In this document: positions 60,625 to 64,000 of the stretch, in pieces
Position numbering within the stretch: the stretch's first letter is position 1
Layout of the letters: each line of letters starts with the position of its first letter
Origin: Asterionella formosa
Lineage: Eukaryota
Direction: 5' to 3'
NCBI GenBank assembly: GCA_002256025.1
Contig: NKIB01010603.1
Span: 1-64,000, forward strand
DNA: 64,000 nucleotides
Program-made: the position numbers and the translations under genes
Notes under the pieces: model-generated
Seen by the model: only the letters and a program-made list of their open reading frames with translations
Databases searched by the model: none
What the model was told of the DNA's origin: nothing

Positions 60625-61462
60625 GAGCTACATAGACGTGAACATATACTCGGTTTCTGAAATTCAATTATTAGCATTTAAATAAATTAATCGAAACCTA
60701 TTTAACATACGGATATTCATTGCAACCATTTACATATCGCCAACTGCTGTTTCTCTTTCGGCCGGCCACTCAAATATTGCGGGAAACCGAATTCAACAAG
60801 CCCATATCATAATTATAACATGAATGGAATAATTGTCGTTCTGTATACTTTCTACATTTGTGGCACCTAAATTGACCAAGCCACCGGATGTTTAACGGTT
60901 ACACTCCTCAAACGAGCATACCGTCGTTTTCTTCCTTCCTATAATCACCACTTTCGGGGTTGCACATTCCATAATTGAACGCAAGTTGCCGTTGTTCTAC
61001 TACTATATCGTACTTTGTACGTATGTTGAGAATAGATGGTTCGAAGAAAAATGGGTCCTCATGCATTTGCATTTTGATCGAGATGAGCAAAAGTTGAAGT
61101 CGAAAAAGCGGAAGTCGAAAAGCCGAAAAACATTTTTTAAAACATAGTTGCCAATTTTGATCTTTCTATATATAATGTATACATGATTCTTTAGCTTTGA
61201 GCAAGCCGAACAATTGGGCAATTGAGCCGGAGAAAATCTGAATTATCGATGCAACTGTTACTAGACCGAGGGAGTACCCAGTATTTAGCGAATTCGAAAA
61301 GGAATCTATGCATGTGCGCGCAAAATTTCCTCTGATTTGAATATTTCAAATGGAATCTTGTTATTCAAAAATAGCTCATATAAATTCTTAGTTCCAGGGA
61401 ATTTCGGCAACCCTAAGCAATATTTTAATTTTTGCCCTAGGGTTGAAATGCAGGAACCTTAA
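60625..61462 (-). mobile_element. Dispersed repeat copy B with a TIR-like terminus
   Basis: Inverted homolog of 23610-24352. It ends in ctagggttgaaatgcaggaaccttaa, which matches 33850-33875 in reverse complement. Confidence 0.7.
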
Positions 61463-61766
61463 CATGAGCGAGAAGGAAGAACTTTGCATAAACCAGAAAG
61501 TATTAGTAATATTCATCCCAAACCGTGTTACTGCACAGTTTGCTTTGTTTTATAATAATATAAGTACGTAACGGTACCGGTATTAGACATCGTCAGACAG
61601 AAGAAGAAACACTGGAATTTGTACGTAGGATTGTCAGATTTTCCGTATTGACAACATAAAATCCTTAGCTTTCCATAATAGGTTGGTTGCCTTTGTGAAT
61701 CAAAAGGGAGTCCCCTCGATCCTCATTTCCATTACTTTGTACCTGGTAGGGGTACCAGATACCATC

Positions 61767-62885
61767 ATGTCGACAACAACGAGGGTTTGTTTCCAGTTGT
61801 TTCTTGGACACACAGCACTAGATCCTTCATACATCACTTTGAATGAGAATGATGACATTGACAACTTGAAGAAAGCTGTGAAGATTGAATGTGGAGAAGC
61901 TCTTCAAGGGGTTTCCTCAGCACAGCTCCGTGTGTACCCACCTGGAACTACAGTGCCGATTCCTGAGGGAGCTAGTATTGATCCAGCCTTGGATCCTGGA
62001 GATCTTATTGCTGATCTGAGTGGGGAATAACAACAATGTGTTTGTTGTCGTTGCACATGATACCGGTACGTTTTCTGATCTCATTGTCTTATTGGGTTAT
62101 ACTGCATTGGACAGCTGAGACAAGAATTGTGCACACCTAATACTCACGTATCAAATCGTGTCACCAATCCGACACATACTCGCTGCCCTTTGGAAGACCA
62201 AAAAGTGACAAAACGCCAGAAACAAGGTAATGACCAGAATGTAGCGTCCTTATCGATGTCTCTAGAGGAACAGTTCAATGATAATCTTGCCCACTTCGAA
62301 GAATCCCCTTTAGTTATGCAATTAAAGACGTTGAACGATCTTTTGCGTCTCTTGAAAGAGGAGCGGACACGCAATGGCGACCAGAAGCCAGCTTCCGTAT
62401 CAGCTGTGCTAAAAGAAAAGCTGAATGATCATTTCAATCGCATGAATAAGGAACTGGAGGAGCGGAGTGTTGAAAAGGAAATGCATGTCTACAAGATTCG
62501 TTCGCACAATCAAAACTCTGACTCTGATTTTACTTTATCGGCTTTTTCCCCCGAAGATTGTTACTGGATGGAAAGGATCCAATGTGAGCGGTTTGATGAT
62601 TGCAATAGAAGGGGAATCCTATATCGCCCTAAAATTTTGAGGGCGATGATGGCATTGGTTGAGAATGCCTTCAATAAACATAGTCCGACTGGCTGGAATC
62701 ATGATTAAGGGACCACATGGAATTGGCAAGTCGCACTCACTTGTCAACTTGGTTCGTACACTGCAATATGACAGCAGCTGCCAGTACCTCATAACTTTTA
62801 TTCCAGACTGTCGTAAATGGATTGTCGGTAACGATTTGTACACTGCAATCTGCAGTTCATTCGGTACTTCATTATCGGCTCTCTA
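61767..62885 (+). pseudogene. Crinkler (CRN)-like gene: ubiquitin-like N-domain plus P-loop NTPase, frameshifted and truncated
   Basis: DIDNLKKAVK...LQGVSSAQLRVY, then VFVVVA in a shifted frame, then Walker A GIMIKGPHGIGKS after a second frameshift. Confidence 0.7.
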
Positions 62886-64000
62886 TGCTGGATATAAATC
62901 GGCCTTAAATTGGTGGAGAAAGATGGATTGGAATTTTTGTTGTTGCCACAGCACTGATGATCAGTCCACAAGCATCCGAAAAATAACACATCCGGATGCC
63001 TTCTTTGATCAATATATGTTCGTTCTGAGAATATAGATATTCGAAATGACGGCAGTGATCTCGTGTGCATCGAATACTGTACTGGATAGAAATCGGCTTT
63101 AAATTGGTGGAGAAAGGAGGTTTGGAATTCTTGTTGCCACAGCACTTACAATCAGTCCACAAGCACCGAAAATGTATTTCACCTCCTGATGACCAATTAA
63201 ATCAATATATGTTCGTTCTGAGAATATCGACATTGTCCATGACTACATTGTTCTCGTGTACATCGAATACTTTGCTTGATACAAATCAGCCTTAAATTGG
63301 TGGAGAAAGATGGTTTGGAATACTGGTCATGCAGCAGTCCACAAGAACCGAAATTATACACATCCTGATGACCAATTTGATCAATATATGTTCCTTTTGA
63401 GAATATCGATATTCGAAATGACAGCGCTGATCTCGTGTACATCGAATACTTTGCTGGATATAAATCGGCCTTAAATTGGTGGAGAAAGATGGTTTAGAAT
63501 TTTTGTAATGACAGCACTGATGTTCAGTCCACAGCAAGCACCAAGATTTTACAAACCTTCCTGATGACCAATTTGATCAATATATGTTCATTCTAAGAAT
63601 CTCGACATTTGCCATGACGGCATTGATCTCGTGGAAATCTAATACTATGTTGGATAAAAGACGGCTTTAAATTGGTGGAGAAAGGTGGTTTGGAATTTTT
63701 GTTGCCACAGCACTTATGATCAGTGCACAGCAAGCACCGAAAATTTACACACCCTCTTGGCTGATGACCAATTCGATCAATTTATGTTTTTTCTGATAGT
63801 ATCGATATTCATAATGACCATAAGCACCGAAAATTTATTTCACAGCCTGATGAACAATTTGATCAAAATATGTTCGTTCTTACTATATATCGACATTCAT
63901 TATGACGCCATTGATGTCGTGTTCATCGAATACTATGATTGATAAAAATTAGAATTAAATTGGTGGAGAAAAATGGTTTGGAATTTTTGTTGCCACAGCA
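62885..64000. repeat. Tandem array with a ~194-bp unit, running off the window end
   Basis: The anchor ttaaattggtggagaaa occurs at 62905, 63099, 63292, 63471, 63667 and 63955 (spacings 194, 193, 179, 196, 288). Confidence 0.93.

Noticed and set aside
62885..64000. CRISPR-like array
   Set aside because: The whole unit is repeated with no unique spacers, there are no cas genes and the context is eukaryotic.

Overview
Eukaryotic nuclear DNA, most likely from a diatom. Evidence: short GT-AG introns, signal peptide plus AF-type plastid presequences, a DUF6824-type protein and diatom-type Copia and pogo-like remnants. The species cannot be determined from the sequence. About 20 protein genes are supported: a histidine-phosphatase C-terminus, an RlmM/FtsJ-like methyltransferase, CDP-DAG synthase, a plastid alpha/beta hydrolase, PI4-kinase with a PH-like insert, two membrane proteins, a DUF6824 protein, RPL39 (missed by the ORF track), RBM28/Nop4, a RING-H2 ligase, a secreted phospholipase B-like enzyme, GDPD, a secretory-pathway kinase, a mucin-LRR protein, an RsuA-type pseudouridine synthase, a Lin0512-family protein, a sulfotransferase-like protein and a small plastid protein. 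There is also a tRNA-Pro(CGG). Decayed transposon blocks (Harbinger, Copia, pogo-like) occupy about 18-25 kb, 34-38.5 kb and 50.8-51.3 kb. The window ends in a frameshifted Crinkler-like gene that runs into a ~194-bp tandem array. Most notable: (1) palindromic GGTACC/CCWGG heptamer arrays concentrated upstream of genes; (2) an adjacent cell-surface phospholipase B plus GDPD pair; (3) an in-frame TAG within the repeat of an otherwise intact mucin-LRR gene; (4) matching TTAA-flanked inverted termini 27.6 kb apart.
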